Positions 24,405 through 32,556 of a stretch of 64,000 bases of DNA are shown here, in pieces. The stretch comes from Myxococcota bacterium (GTDB taxonomy: Bacteria > Myxococcota_A > UBA796 > CAJQPC01): the NCBI GenBank assembly GCA_036229005.1, contig JAZAMN010000052.1, forward strand, positions 320,001 through 384,000, given 5' to 3'. The notes under the pieces are model-generated. The model was given only the letters and a program-made list of their open reading frames with translations, was not told the DNA's origin and ran no database searches. Position numbers and translations under genes: made by a program. Each line of letters begins with the position of its first letter. Position 1 is the first letter of the stretch.

Positions 24405-26057
24405 GTGACCCCTGGAGATCTGGCCCTGGACGACCTGCACCGCGTGCTGCGCGGGGCTCTGAGCACCGCGAGCCACCTGCTGACGGCGGGGGAGCGGGTG
24501 ATCGTGCGGCGCCTGCTCGCCCTTGAGGGGCCGCCGGGGCGGCTGTGGGTGCGTCTGGCCGCCAGGCGATCGGCCAGCTTCCGCCAGGACTCCATCTCCC
24601 TGTCCGACGTCCCTGATGTGGAGGAGGCGCTGCTCGAGCTCGCTGAGCACGATCTGGTTCACCGCTCGCTGCCATGGTCGCGCGTGCTCGCGCTCCTGCG
24701 GGTCCCAGAGCTCAAGGCCCTCTGTCGCCAGCGAGGTCACCCTGTGGGCGGCCGCCGAGAGGCTCTGGTGGAGCGCCTGCTGCCGGAGCCCGGGCCGGCC
24801 CCCATCGCCTGCTGGCGGCTCTCGGGGCGCACCCTGGTCCGCCGCCTGGAGCGCGTGTGGTTCCAGAGCGGCTGGCGGGATCGGGGGACCCTGCTCCTGG
24901 AGCGCATCGGTCAGGTCCAGTGGGTGGACTACCCCCTGAGCGCGCCCCAGCGGGCCTTCGAGCGCCGCACACAGTGGCGCGCCTTCGAGGCCAGCCTGCA
25001 CCCGGCCGAGCCGGAAAGGCACCTGCAGGCGCTCCAGCACTCCACCGCCCGGGGGCCCGCGCACCGAGGGCTGGACGCCCGGCGCTACCACGAGCGGCAC
25101 CTGGCGGAGGCCCTTCGCGAGCTGGAGCGGGCGGGTGAGCACGCCGAGGCCGCCCAGGGCTACGCAGCGCTGCTGGCCTGCGAACCCCGTCGACCCGGAG
25201 AGCACGCCCTCCGCCTGGCCCAGTGCCTGGACAAGCTGGAGCGGCCGGCAGAGGGCGCGGCGGTCTGTGTGAAGTGGCGGGCGCGGGCCCGACCAGAGCA
25301 CGCCGCGTCCCTGGAGCGCAGCGGGCGTCGCCTGGCCAAGAAGGCCAAGGGACACTGGCGACCGGCCAGGCCTCTGCTCAAAGCGCCAGAGCGCACGCTA
25401 CAGCTCCCGGCGGGCCCCAAGCAGCGGAGCCGGCCCACGTGGGGAGAGCCGCCGCTGCCGATCGAGCGAGCGGTGCTGCGCCACTGTGGACCTCGCTTGG
25501 GGGAGTTCGCGGAGAATGGTCTGTGGACCACGATCTTTGGCTTGGTGTGCTTCGATCTGTTGTGGCTCCCGATCCCCGGCATGCTCCCGGTCCCAGGGAT
25601 GGATGGCCCCCTGGATCTGGGGACCGCGGCCTTTATGCGGCAGCGGGCGGCGCCTTTCGCGGAGCGGCTGGAGCAGCTTCGGCAGGGGCTGGGGGCGGAG
25701 ATCCTGGCTCGGCACCACGCCCAGTGGGGCGGCGCTCAGGTGCGGGGCGTCCATGCGTTCCCCCTGGAGACGCTGCAGGCGGTCACCGAGGCCTGCGGGC
25801 CTGCGCTCGCGGCCGTCGTGGAGCGCCTGGGCAAGGAGGGGTGGAGCGCGGCGCGGGGGCTGCCGGACCTGGTCTTCCTCCCTGGCGAGCACGGTGTGAT
25901 CCCCGAACTCGTGCCCTCCCGCCTGCCCGAGGGGCTGCTTCTGGTCGAGGTCAAGGGGCCGACCGACGCGCTCCGGGACGCCCAGCGCGTGTGGCACGAC
26001 CGCCTGCTGCGAGCCGGGCTCGCGGTGGAGATCTGGAAGGTGAGCCCGTGCCCCTGA
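24405..26057 (+). CDS. FAN1-like structure-specific nuclease (winged-helix/SAP/TPR/VRR-NUC)
   Basis: GTG after GAGGAGAGG; SAP-like LRVPELKALC..RG...GGRREALVERL; ENGLW, PLDL, GLPDL, VEVKGPTD.LR..Q..W. Confidence 0.82.
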   Translation: MTPGDLALDDLHRVLRGALSTASHLLTAGERVIVRRLLALEGPPGRLWVRLAARRSASFRQDSISLSDVPDVEEALLELAEHDLVHRSLPWSRVLALLRVPELKALCRQRGHPVGGRREALVERLLPEPGPAPIACWRLSGRTLVRRLERVWFQSGWRDRGTLLLERIGQVQWVDYPLSAPQRAFERRTQWRAFEASLHPAEPERHLQALQHSTARGPAHRGLDARRYHERHLAEALRELERAGEHAEAAQGYAALLACEPRRPGEHALRLAQCLDKLERPAEGAAVCVKWRARARPEHAASLERSGRRLAKKAKGHWRPARPLLKAPERTLQLPAGPKQRSRPTWGEPPLPIERAVLRHCGPRLGEFAENGLWTTIFGLVCFDLLWLPIPGMLPVPGMDGPLDLGTAAFMRQRAAPFAERLEQLRQGLGAEILARHHAQWGGAQVRGVHAFPLETLQAVTEACGPALAAVVERLGKEGWSAARGLPDLVFLPGEHGVIPELVPSRLPEGLLLVEVKGPTDALRDAQRVWHDRLLRAGLAVEIWKVSPCP

Positions 26058-26095
26058 GCTCCCTTGATTGGTGCCCAGCCGCTGTGGCCTGGGGC

Positions 26096-27070
26096 TCAGC
26101 GCGAGATGGTGAACACGCCTTGGTGCGGACCCAGCGTGGCGGGGGGGAACCAGGCGTCCGGGGCGCCGTCGCTCTCGAAGCGCTCGTACCAACCGGAGTG
26201 GGAGCCCGCGTTGACCTTGCCCTGCACATGCACCTCGGCAAAGGGCGTGATGGCGCGGATGAAGCTGCCCTGGGGGCCCAGCGCGCGGACCCGGAGCAGA
26301 TCGGGGAGCGAGACGTCCAGGCTGCTGCCGCGGTGGCTGCTGTGGAGCCCGTCGTGCTCGCTGCTGCCCTTGCCCAGCCAGGACAGGGACTGCTCGGGGG
26401 CGCGCAACACCAGACGCTCGACCTGCTTGGGGTAGAGCCCCGGGCCGATGTCCATGGCGCCCCAGTGGACCTCCATGCCGCGCTCCTGCCCGTCGTCCCA
26501 GGTGTGGACCCCCAGGCGGGCGCTGCCGGGGGTGATGAACTCGCACCAGGTGTGCGGGCGATGGCCCTGCCAGCCCTCCAGGTCCCAGGTCTGGCCGCGG
26601 ACGCTCAGCTCGCCGGCGACCTTGAGGGAGGCCTGGTGGGTGTAGTGGCGCGCGTGCCCGGCGTTCAGGCGGTACATGCGCCGCTCCGCGGGCCACAAGG
26701 GGAGGGGACCCAGTCCGCCGCCCAGGAGCAGGTCGAAGCTGACCTCGCCCAGCTCGCCGCGCACGTGGTTTGGCGCCAGGAAGCCGGGGGGCCCCTCCTG
26801 CCGCATCCCGCGGCGGAACATCCACTGGCTCCAGCGGTAGCGCTCCACCGCGAAGGTCGCCGCGCCGCCGCGCTCCATGGCGAGCACGGACAGCTCGACG
26901 TTGCGCTCTGCCCAGGTCGGCCCTTCCGATGCGATGGCCAGGCGGATCTCCAGGGCGCGGCGCCCCTCGGGGTCGCTGGCGATGAGACCGACGGCCTCGT
27001 AGAAGCGGTCCGGGGCCTTCTCGGTCAGGAGCTCAGGGAAGCGATCGCTGTCAGGGCTGGGAACAAACAT
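26096..27070 (-). CDS. Hypothetical protein, possibly tocopherol-cyclase/AttH-like beta-rich fold
   Basis: Good ORF; GELSVRGQTW.L.GW.G...HTW resembles the G-x-x-x-HNWG region of that family. Confidence 0.5.
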   Translation of the reverse strand: MFVPSPDSDRFPELLTEKAPDRFYEAVGLIASDPEGRRALEIRLAIASEGPTWAERNVELSVLAMERGGAATFAVERYRWSQWMFRRGMRQEGPPGFLAPNHVRGELGEVSFDLLLGGGLGPLPLWPAERRMYRLNAGHARHYTHQASLKVAGELSVRGQTWDLEGWQGHRPHTWCEFITPGSARLGVHTWDDGQERGMEVHWGAMDIGPGLYPKQVERLVLRAPEQSLSWLGKGSSEHDGLHSSHRGSSLDVSLPDLLRVRALGPQGSFIRAITPFAEVHVQGKVNAGSHSGWYERFESDGAPDAWFPPATLGPHQGVFTISR

Positions 27071-27132
27071 GGCCGCCACGATAGTCCGGTCTGCGTGTCT
27101 TCAGTAGCAGCTTGTATTCAGGAGTCTTCACA

Positions 27133-27654
27133 ATGCGCATCACCTCTGGGACCCATCGGAGCCGTGTCCTCAAGGGAAAGCTCCCCGACGGCGTGCGCCC
27201 CAGCAGCTCCCGCGTGCGGGAGGCCCTCTTCTCCCGTCTGGGCCAGGATCTCACCGGCCGCAGCGTCCTGGACGTGTTCGGCGGCTCGGGGCTTCTGACC
27301 TTCGAGGCCCTCTCCCGGGGCGCCAGCCGGGCCGTGGTCTGTGAGAGCGAACGGGCGGCGCAGCGCTTCATCCGGGAGAACGCTCAGGCCCTGGGCTTCG
27401 GGGATCGCTTCAGCCTGCGCTCCGGCCGCGTCCCCGGTGCGTTGCCGCGCGGGACCTTCGACATCGTGCTGGCGGATCCCCCCTACGACAAGGACCTGGA
27501 GAAGCTGCTCAAGCCCCTGGCCGAGCGCGTTGGCGGTGATTTGGTGCTGGAGCAGCGCAAGGACGTCGAGCCCCCGGAGTTCCCGGGCCTCAGCTTCCAG
27601 GACAGCCGCAACTACGGCAACACCACCCTGATGTTCTACCGCCGGGAGTCTTGA
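27133..27654 (+). CDS. rsmD: 16S rRNA m2G966 methyltransferase RsmD
   Basis: MRITSG, VRPSSSRVREALF, LDVFGGSG..TFEALSRGA, DPPY, YGNT. Confidence 0.92.
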   Translation: MRITSGTHRSRVLKGKLPDGVRPSSSRVREALFSRLGQDLTGRSVLDVFGGSGLLTFEALSRGASRAVVCESERAAQRFIRENAQALGFGDRFSLRSGRVPGALPRGTFDIVLADPPYDKDLEKLLKPLAERVGGDLVLEQRKDVEPPEFPGLSFQDSRNYGNTTLMFYRRES

Positions 27655-27688
27655 GCCCACCGCGCGGGGGCCTGGGGAGAGGAGCGGC

Positions 27689-28114
27689 TCAGCGGCCCTC
27701 CCGGGGATCCGGGCGCACCCCCTGGGCCACAAAGCGCTCGTAGTCCTCCAGGATGCGCGCGTGGTCGAAGACGAGGTGCGGCAGGGCATCCAGCGAGAAG
27801 ACCTTGGCCTCGGCGGCGTCATCGGCGCCCTGGGGCACACCCGTCGCGGTCGCGGTGAACACCACCGACAGGTTGTGCTGCCGCGCGTCGCGGGCCGGGT
27901 CCGAGTAGACGTAGAGCAGGTGCTGCAGCTCGACCTCCAGCCCGGTCTCCTCCAGCGCTTCGCGCACCGCGGCGTCCTCGACCCGCTCCCCTTTGTCCAC
28001 GAAGCCCCCGGGCAGCGCCCAGCCCAGCGGTGGGTTCTTGCGGCGGATCAGGACCACGCCGCCCTCCAGTGCGATGACCACGTCGACCGTGGGGGTGGGG
28101 TTCTCGTAGGGCAT
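27689..28114 (-). CDS. Nudix hydrolase (ADP-ribose pyrophosphatase-like)
   Basis: [13 protein letters not shown]......REALEETGL Nudix box; [18 protein letters not shown]. Confidence 0.9.
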   Translation of the reverse strand: MPYENPTPTVDVVIALEGGVVLIRRKNPPLGWALPGGFVDKGERVEDAAVREALEETGLEVELQHLLYVYSDPARDARQHNLSVVFTATATGVPQGADDAAEAKVFSLDALPHLVFDHARILEDYERFVAQGVRPDPREGR

Positions 28115-28174
28115 GGAGGCCTCCGTTTGCAGCAACCTTCCGGGTGAGTGAGTCTATCGGGGTCTGGAGGCTGG

Positions 28175-29455
28175 ATGTCCCGAGTGTTGATTGGGTGTGG
28201 ACCGAGCGCGATGCTGGCTGCGGCGGCCTTGGAGGACACCCTCTGGCTGGACACCAACCCGCGGGCCTGCGCCCACCCGGAACTGCCGGTCGACCTGGGC
28301 GGCTTCGAGGATCACGACAGCGCCGATGTGGTCGGCACCCTGGCCGGGGCCGCGCCCGAGTGGCCCCATCAGGCCTCCATCCTGGTGCGGGGACGGCGCC
28401 TGCTGCTGCCCTTCCGTCGCCGGGATCTGCCCCTGATGGTCGAGCCCCGCGAGGGCAGCCGCGCCCTCAAGGATTGGGTCAGCGCCCGCATGTCCATCAA
28501 AGCCCGAGAGGTCGTGGGCGGCGGCTTCGAGCAGCGCAGCATCCGGGACTGGGTCGTCTACCGCTACGGCCAGGCCGTCTACGAGCAGCTCTACGGTGGC
28601 TACCTGACCCGCCGCTTCGGCCCGCCCGAGCAGGTCGCCATCGCCACCGCGCAGCACCACAACGGCCGCAAGGCCGGCACCTGGCACAAGCTGGGGCAGA
28701 GCCCCCAGGCGGCCTTCGATTCGCTCAGCGCCCGGATCCAGCGGCAGGAGGGTGACCTCGAAGGGATCGAGATCGCGGATGGGCGGGTGTGCACGGTCCA
28801 CAGCGAAGACGGTGAGCTGTCCGTGGACCGCGTGTTCTGGGCTGGCTCCATCCCCGAGCTCGCGGAGTGGCTGGAGGGCGAGATCCCGGAGATCCTCGCC
28901 ACCGACATGCAGCGCCTCTCTTGCCGCCACCGGGTCGAGGTCTTCCTGCCCATGTCCGGCGCGGAGGCCCTGCCCGAGGTGCTGCACGTCCTGGACGACG
29001 CGCCCTTCTTCCGGGTGATGCCGGTGGACATGGGGGCGGGGCGCCTGGACGGCGTGGCCTGTCACATCGCGGTGGAGCCTGGGGATGCGCTGTGGAGCGC
29101 CGGGGACAGCCGCCTGGTCGAGGACTGCGCGGAGGCGCTGCGCACCCTGGAGCTCGGCAACGCGGAGACCGAGGGCGCCAAGCTGCGGCGCATCGAGCAC
29201 TTCGACCCGCGCTGGGAGCCCGGGGCCTGGTTCCCGACCTTCAACCGGGTGGCCCAAGCCCTGGAGGCCATGGGGATCTCCCTGGTCGGGCGGAGCGCGG
29301 CCTACCGCTGGATGGATCCGGGGCAGACCCTGGTGCACGCCCGGGAGCTGGGGCGCGATCCCAGCCAGTGGCACGAGGCGCTCCGGGTGCTGGTCGACCC
29401 GCCGATCCGCCAGGAGGACGAGGGCACGCCCCTGACGGACTTCATCCGGCGCTGA
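28175..29455 (+). CDS. Divergent FAD-dependent oxidoreductase (protoporphyrinogen oxidase/UGM-like family)
   Basis: IGCGPSAMLAA (degenerate GxGxxG); WVVYRYG..VY...Y..Y; C-terminal VGR.AAYRW. Confidence 0.5.
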   Translation: MSRVLIGCGPSAMLAAAALEDTLWLDTNPRACAHPELPVDLGGFEDHDSADVVGTLAGAAPEWPHQASILVRGRRLLLPFRRRDLPLMVEPREGSRALKDWVSARMSIKAREVVGGGFEQRSIRDWVVYRYGQAVYEQLYGGYLTRRFGPPEQVAIATAQHHNGRKAGTWHKLGQSPQAAFDSLSARIQRQEGDLEGIEIADGRVCTVHSEDGELSVDRVFWAGSIPELAEWLEGEIPEILATDMQRLSCRHRVEVFLPMSGAEALPEVLHVLDDAPFFRVMPVDMGAGRLDGVACHIAVEPGDALWSAGDSRLVEDCAEALRTLELGNAETEGAKLRRIEHFDPRWEPGAWFPTFNRVAQALEAMGISLVGRSAAYRWMDPGQTLVHARELGRDPSQWHEALRVLVDPPIRQEDEGTPLTDFIRR

Positions 29456-29492
29456 CCGGGGCTGAGCTGACTGGGGCTGAGCTGACCGGGGC
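29451..29492. repeat. Tandem 15-bp repeat, about 2.8 copies, including the stop codon of the upstream gene
   Basis: GCTGACCGGGGCTGA GCTGACTGGGGCTGA GCTGACCGGGGC. Confidence 0.8.
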
Positions 29493-29513
29493 GGTGCCGG
29501 GCCGAGCGGGGGC

Positions 29514-29990
29514 TCAGCGGACCAGGTTCGTGCACCACTCGGCGATGAAGTAGTCGGCGGTGTAGCTGCCGGAGTCGTCCTCGAACTCCACCTGGAAGCT
29601 GCCCTCGACCGGCTCGCGCTCGACCACGGGGCCGACCTCGATGGACCCGGTGCGGTCGCGCAGCTCGGTGAAGGCGCCGCCGGCGACGATCAGGGTCTTG
29701 GCGTCCACGGCCGCGTCGCTGCCCTCGGTGGAGAACACGCCCTCGGAGATGTCCGAGGAGTCGAACGCGAACTGCAGGGTCACCATGTCGAAGTCGGTGG
29801 GGGCGGTGGTCTGGTCGTAGGTGCGCCGGGCGAAGTCGACGTCCATGCAGTCCAGATCCTCGTTCGAGAAGAGGATGAAGGGGCCGCCCCAGAAGGCCGT
29901 GGCGACCTCGCCCAGGCTCTCGCCGTTGACGCTGCCGTCGATGATGGTGGGGTCGCCGCCGCAAGCGGTGAGGGCCAAGAGCACGAACAT
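29514..29990 (-). CDS. Hypothetical lipoprotein
   Basis: GGAG RBS; MFVLLALTAC; acidic, beta-rich mature part. Confidence 0.75.
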   Translation of the reverse strand: MFVLLALTACGGDPTIIDGSVNGESLGEVATAFWGGPFILFSNEDLDCMDVDFARRTYDQTTAPTDFDMVTLQFAFDSSDISEGVFSTEGSDAAVDAKTLIVAGGAFTELRDRTGSIEVGPVVEREPVEGSFQVEFEDDSGSYTADYFIAEWCTNLVR

Positions 29991-30037
29991 TGGAGGTCTC
30001 CAGATCTGGCCCCAGGATAACCGGCCCAGCGCCGCGG

Positions 30038-30835
30038 TCAGTCCGCCTTGCGCCCCTTTGGCAGGCCCTTGTCCAGGCGGGCCAGAGCGGCGCGCTGCGC
30101 GGGGCCACCCCAGAGCGATGCGAACACGGTGGCCTCGTCTGCGGGAGAGTGCAGTGCGCGCTTGAGGCCCCTCAGGGACTCCGGGGGGTGGGCTGAGTAG
30201 CCCTCGAGCACCGACATCCCCACCTCTTCTGCCTGAGAGGGCCCCGCCAACACCGTATACAGCTCCGGGGTCCCAGCGAGGTCAACCGGAGCCGCGCTGG
30301 CCAGGAGTTGGAGGGCGCGCTGACGGCCCACCAGACCGCGGAGCAGGGCGGCCCCCCCCCAGCCCGGTGAGAGGCCCAGGCGCGCGTGGACGAACTGGAC
30401 CTTGGCATCGCTGGCGATGACGCGGAGATCCGGGGCGCACATCAGCTCGGCCCCGCCCCCGACCGCGGCCCGCTCCACGGCGGCCAGGGAGATCTGGGGG
30501 AGCGCCCGGATGCGGCGGGTCACGTCGGCCATGAAGGCCTGCATCCAGGCGGCGATCTGCGGGCCCTCCGGAGACGCGACGGCCTCACGGACCATGCGGA
30601 GGTCACTGCCGGCGCAGAAGACGCCCTGCGCACCCTTCACGAGCAGCAGCGCCCCAGGCCAGGCCTCGAGCGTGCTCACCGCCCGCTCCAGCTCCAGCAT
30701 CATGCGGGGCGAGAGGGCGTTCCGGGCCTGGGGGTGGTCCAGGGTGAGGACTGCGATGGGCTCGGAGAGGTCGAGGCGCACAGCGCCCGAGCCCCCCAAG
30801 GAGGCCAGGGCGGTGCGCGCGCGCTCCAGGCTCAC
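30038..30835 (-). CDS. Crotonase-fold protein (enoyl-CoA hydratase family, ECHDC1-like)
   Basis: RNAL, FCAGSDL, AVGGGAEL, FVHARLGLSPGWGG, WGGPA. Confidence 0.85.
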   Translation of the reverse strand: MSLERARTALASLGGSGAVRLDLSEPIAVLTLDHPQARNALSPRMMLELERAVSTLEAWPGALLLVKGAQGVFCAGSDLRMVREAVASPEGPQIAAWMQAFMADVTRRIRALPQISLAAVERAAVGGGAELMCAPDLRVIASDAKVQFVHARLGLSPGWGGAALLRGLVGRQRALQLLASAAPVDLAGTPELYTVLAGPSQAEEVGMSVLEGYSAHPPESLRGLKRALHSPADEATVFASLWGGPAQRAALARLDKGLPKGRKAD

Positions 30836-32476
30836 TCAGTCGCGGCGGCGGAAGGCGACGATCGCCAGGGGCAGGCAGAGCATCCAGAAGAAGCGGGAGG
30901 GGCCCTGCGCAGTGCCGCAGCCACCGGAGCAGCCGCCGGAGTCGTCACAGCCGGTGGCCTCGTAGGGGACGGTGCCCAGGCCAGCGGACATGACCATCCA
31001 GTCGCCCTGGGTGCCGCCAGCGCTGACGTCCAGGCTGGTGAGGCCGATGCCCTCCATCGCGGGGAGGCCGAAGGCCAGATCCTCCAGCATGCCGCCGACC
31101 ACCGTCTCCAGGATGGTGTCGAAGGCGCCGCCGAAGTTCTCCAGGATGGCCTCGTCCGTGCCGGGGACCAGCTCATTGGAGACGACAGCCGGGGTGACCT
31201 GGTCGCTGGAGAGGGGGATGTCGACCACCAGCTCGCCGGTGCTGCCGTCGAAGTTCAGGTTCACGCCGGTGGCGACGTCGAGATCCATGCCCATGACCTT
31301 GGCCATGCGGTCGTCCACGTTGCCGTAGAAGTCCAGGCCCAGGTCCTCGATGTCGATGTTCATGTCGTACTCGCCGTCCAGGCGGGCGACGGGCGGGTTC
31401 ATGGGCCGGGTGGCGATGATCATCGCCTCGGTCTCGGGGAAGAGCTCTTCGAACACGTCGCCCGCGATCAGCGAGAGCAGCGAGGTGTTGATGGGCAGGG
31501 GATCGTTGCCCTGCAGCTTGTAGCAGAGCACCCCGCCGCGCCAGACGGCGTAGGTGAGCTGGTTGATGAAGTCGTCGGCCAGGACCACGCCCATCTCGGT
31601 GCCGGCGGGCAGGTCCGCGAGGCCAGGGGGCGGTCCGGCAGTGCGCAGGGAGCCGCCCAGGCTGTCCACCACGCAGGCGTTCTCGTCAGCGGACACGGCG
31701 CCGTTCATGATGACGCTCATCCCGGCCGGGCGGATCTTGATGTCGGAGGGGTAGAGATCCAGGGTGACCACGGTGCCCTGGACGTCGATCTCCTCGGAGA
31801 TGGTGGCGGAGGAGAAGGCGTCCTCGATGGCGGCCTCGAGCTCCGGGCCCATCTCGGCGATGGCGCTCTCCAGCTCGCCCTCGACCAGGCCGAAGATCAG
31901 CTCGTACATGCTGAGGCCGAGCCAGTTGAGGATGTCCTCCAGGTCGCCGATCCAGCAGTCGAGCTGCAGGTACTCGGTGATGTCCGCGTAGGTGACGAAG
32001 ATCTCGCCCATGGTCGCGTCCAGCACCGGCAGACCGTCGGGGCCGTCCACGACCTCCAGGGCCATCGTGGTGTCGACGCTCACCTCGAAGGGCTCGACGT
32101 AGCCGGGGCAGTCGGAGCCGATGCAGGCGACCTCATAGTCGATGTTGAACTTGTCCGAGCTGTCGTTGACGTTGACCAGCAGGTCCACGTGCAGGTCGAG
32201 CACGCCGTTGCCGGGCGTGATCTGCGCGTCGGTGAGCTCCACGCCCACCCACACGTTGTCCATCTTGAACTCGTAGTTGAAGCACCAGGTGCCGCCGTCG
32301 GTGTTGACGGCCTCCCCGATGTCCATGCGCTCGGGCAGCAGGGTGGGGATCAGCGCGGTGACCGCCTCCAGGCCCGAGGTGGTGACGTGGAGCTCAGCGG
32401 CGTCTTCGATCTCGGCACCCGGCGGCCAGGTGTCGGCCATGGCCGGGGCGGCGAGCAGCATCAGGAGCGTGGACAC
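30836..32476 (-). CDS. Secreted, surface-anchored acidic protein with BPI/LBP-like (TULIP) features and MYXO-CTERM-like tail
   Basis: Signal ending AMA; LHVTTSGLEAV; MGVVLADDFINQLTYAVWRGGVL; terminal GCSGGCG...FWMLCLPLAIVAFRRRD. Confidence 0.7.
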   Translation of the reverse strand: MSTLLMLLAAPAMADTWPPGAEIEDAAELHVTTSGLEAVTALIPTLLPERMDIGEAVNTDGGTWCFNYEFKMDNVWVGVELTDAQITPGNGVLDLHVDLLVNVNDSSDKFNIDYEVACIGSDCPGYVEPFEVSVDTTMALEVVDGPDGLPVLDATMGEIFVTYADITEYLQLDCWIGDLEDILNWLGLSMYELIFGLVEGELESAIAEMGPELEAAIEDAFSSATISEEIDVQGTVVTLDLYPSDIKIRPAGMSVIMNGAVSADENACVVDSLGGSLRTAGPPPGLADLPAGTEMGVVLADDFINQLTYAVWRGGVLCYKLQGNDPLPINTSLLSLIAGDVFEELFPETEAMIIATRPMNPPVARLDGEYDMNIDIEDLGLDFYGNVDDRMAKVMGMDLDVATGVNLNFDGSTGELVVDIPLSSDQVTPAVVSNELVPGTDEAILENFGGAFDTILETVVGGMLEDLAFGLPAMEGIGLTSLDVSAGGTQGDWMVMSAGLGTVPYEATGCDDSGGCSGGCGTAQGPSRFFWMLCLPLAIVAFRRRD

Positions 32477-32556
32477 AGGCGGTCTCCTTGGACAATGGCC
32501 GGCAGTGTAGCTGCGGGCTGCGGCCTTAGCCAGTACGCGGGCCTTCCAAAGCGCGC

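Noticed and set aside
24405..26057. VRR-NUC as a prophage marker
   Set aside because: Multi-domain FAN1 type, and no phage genes or composition shift nearby
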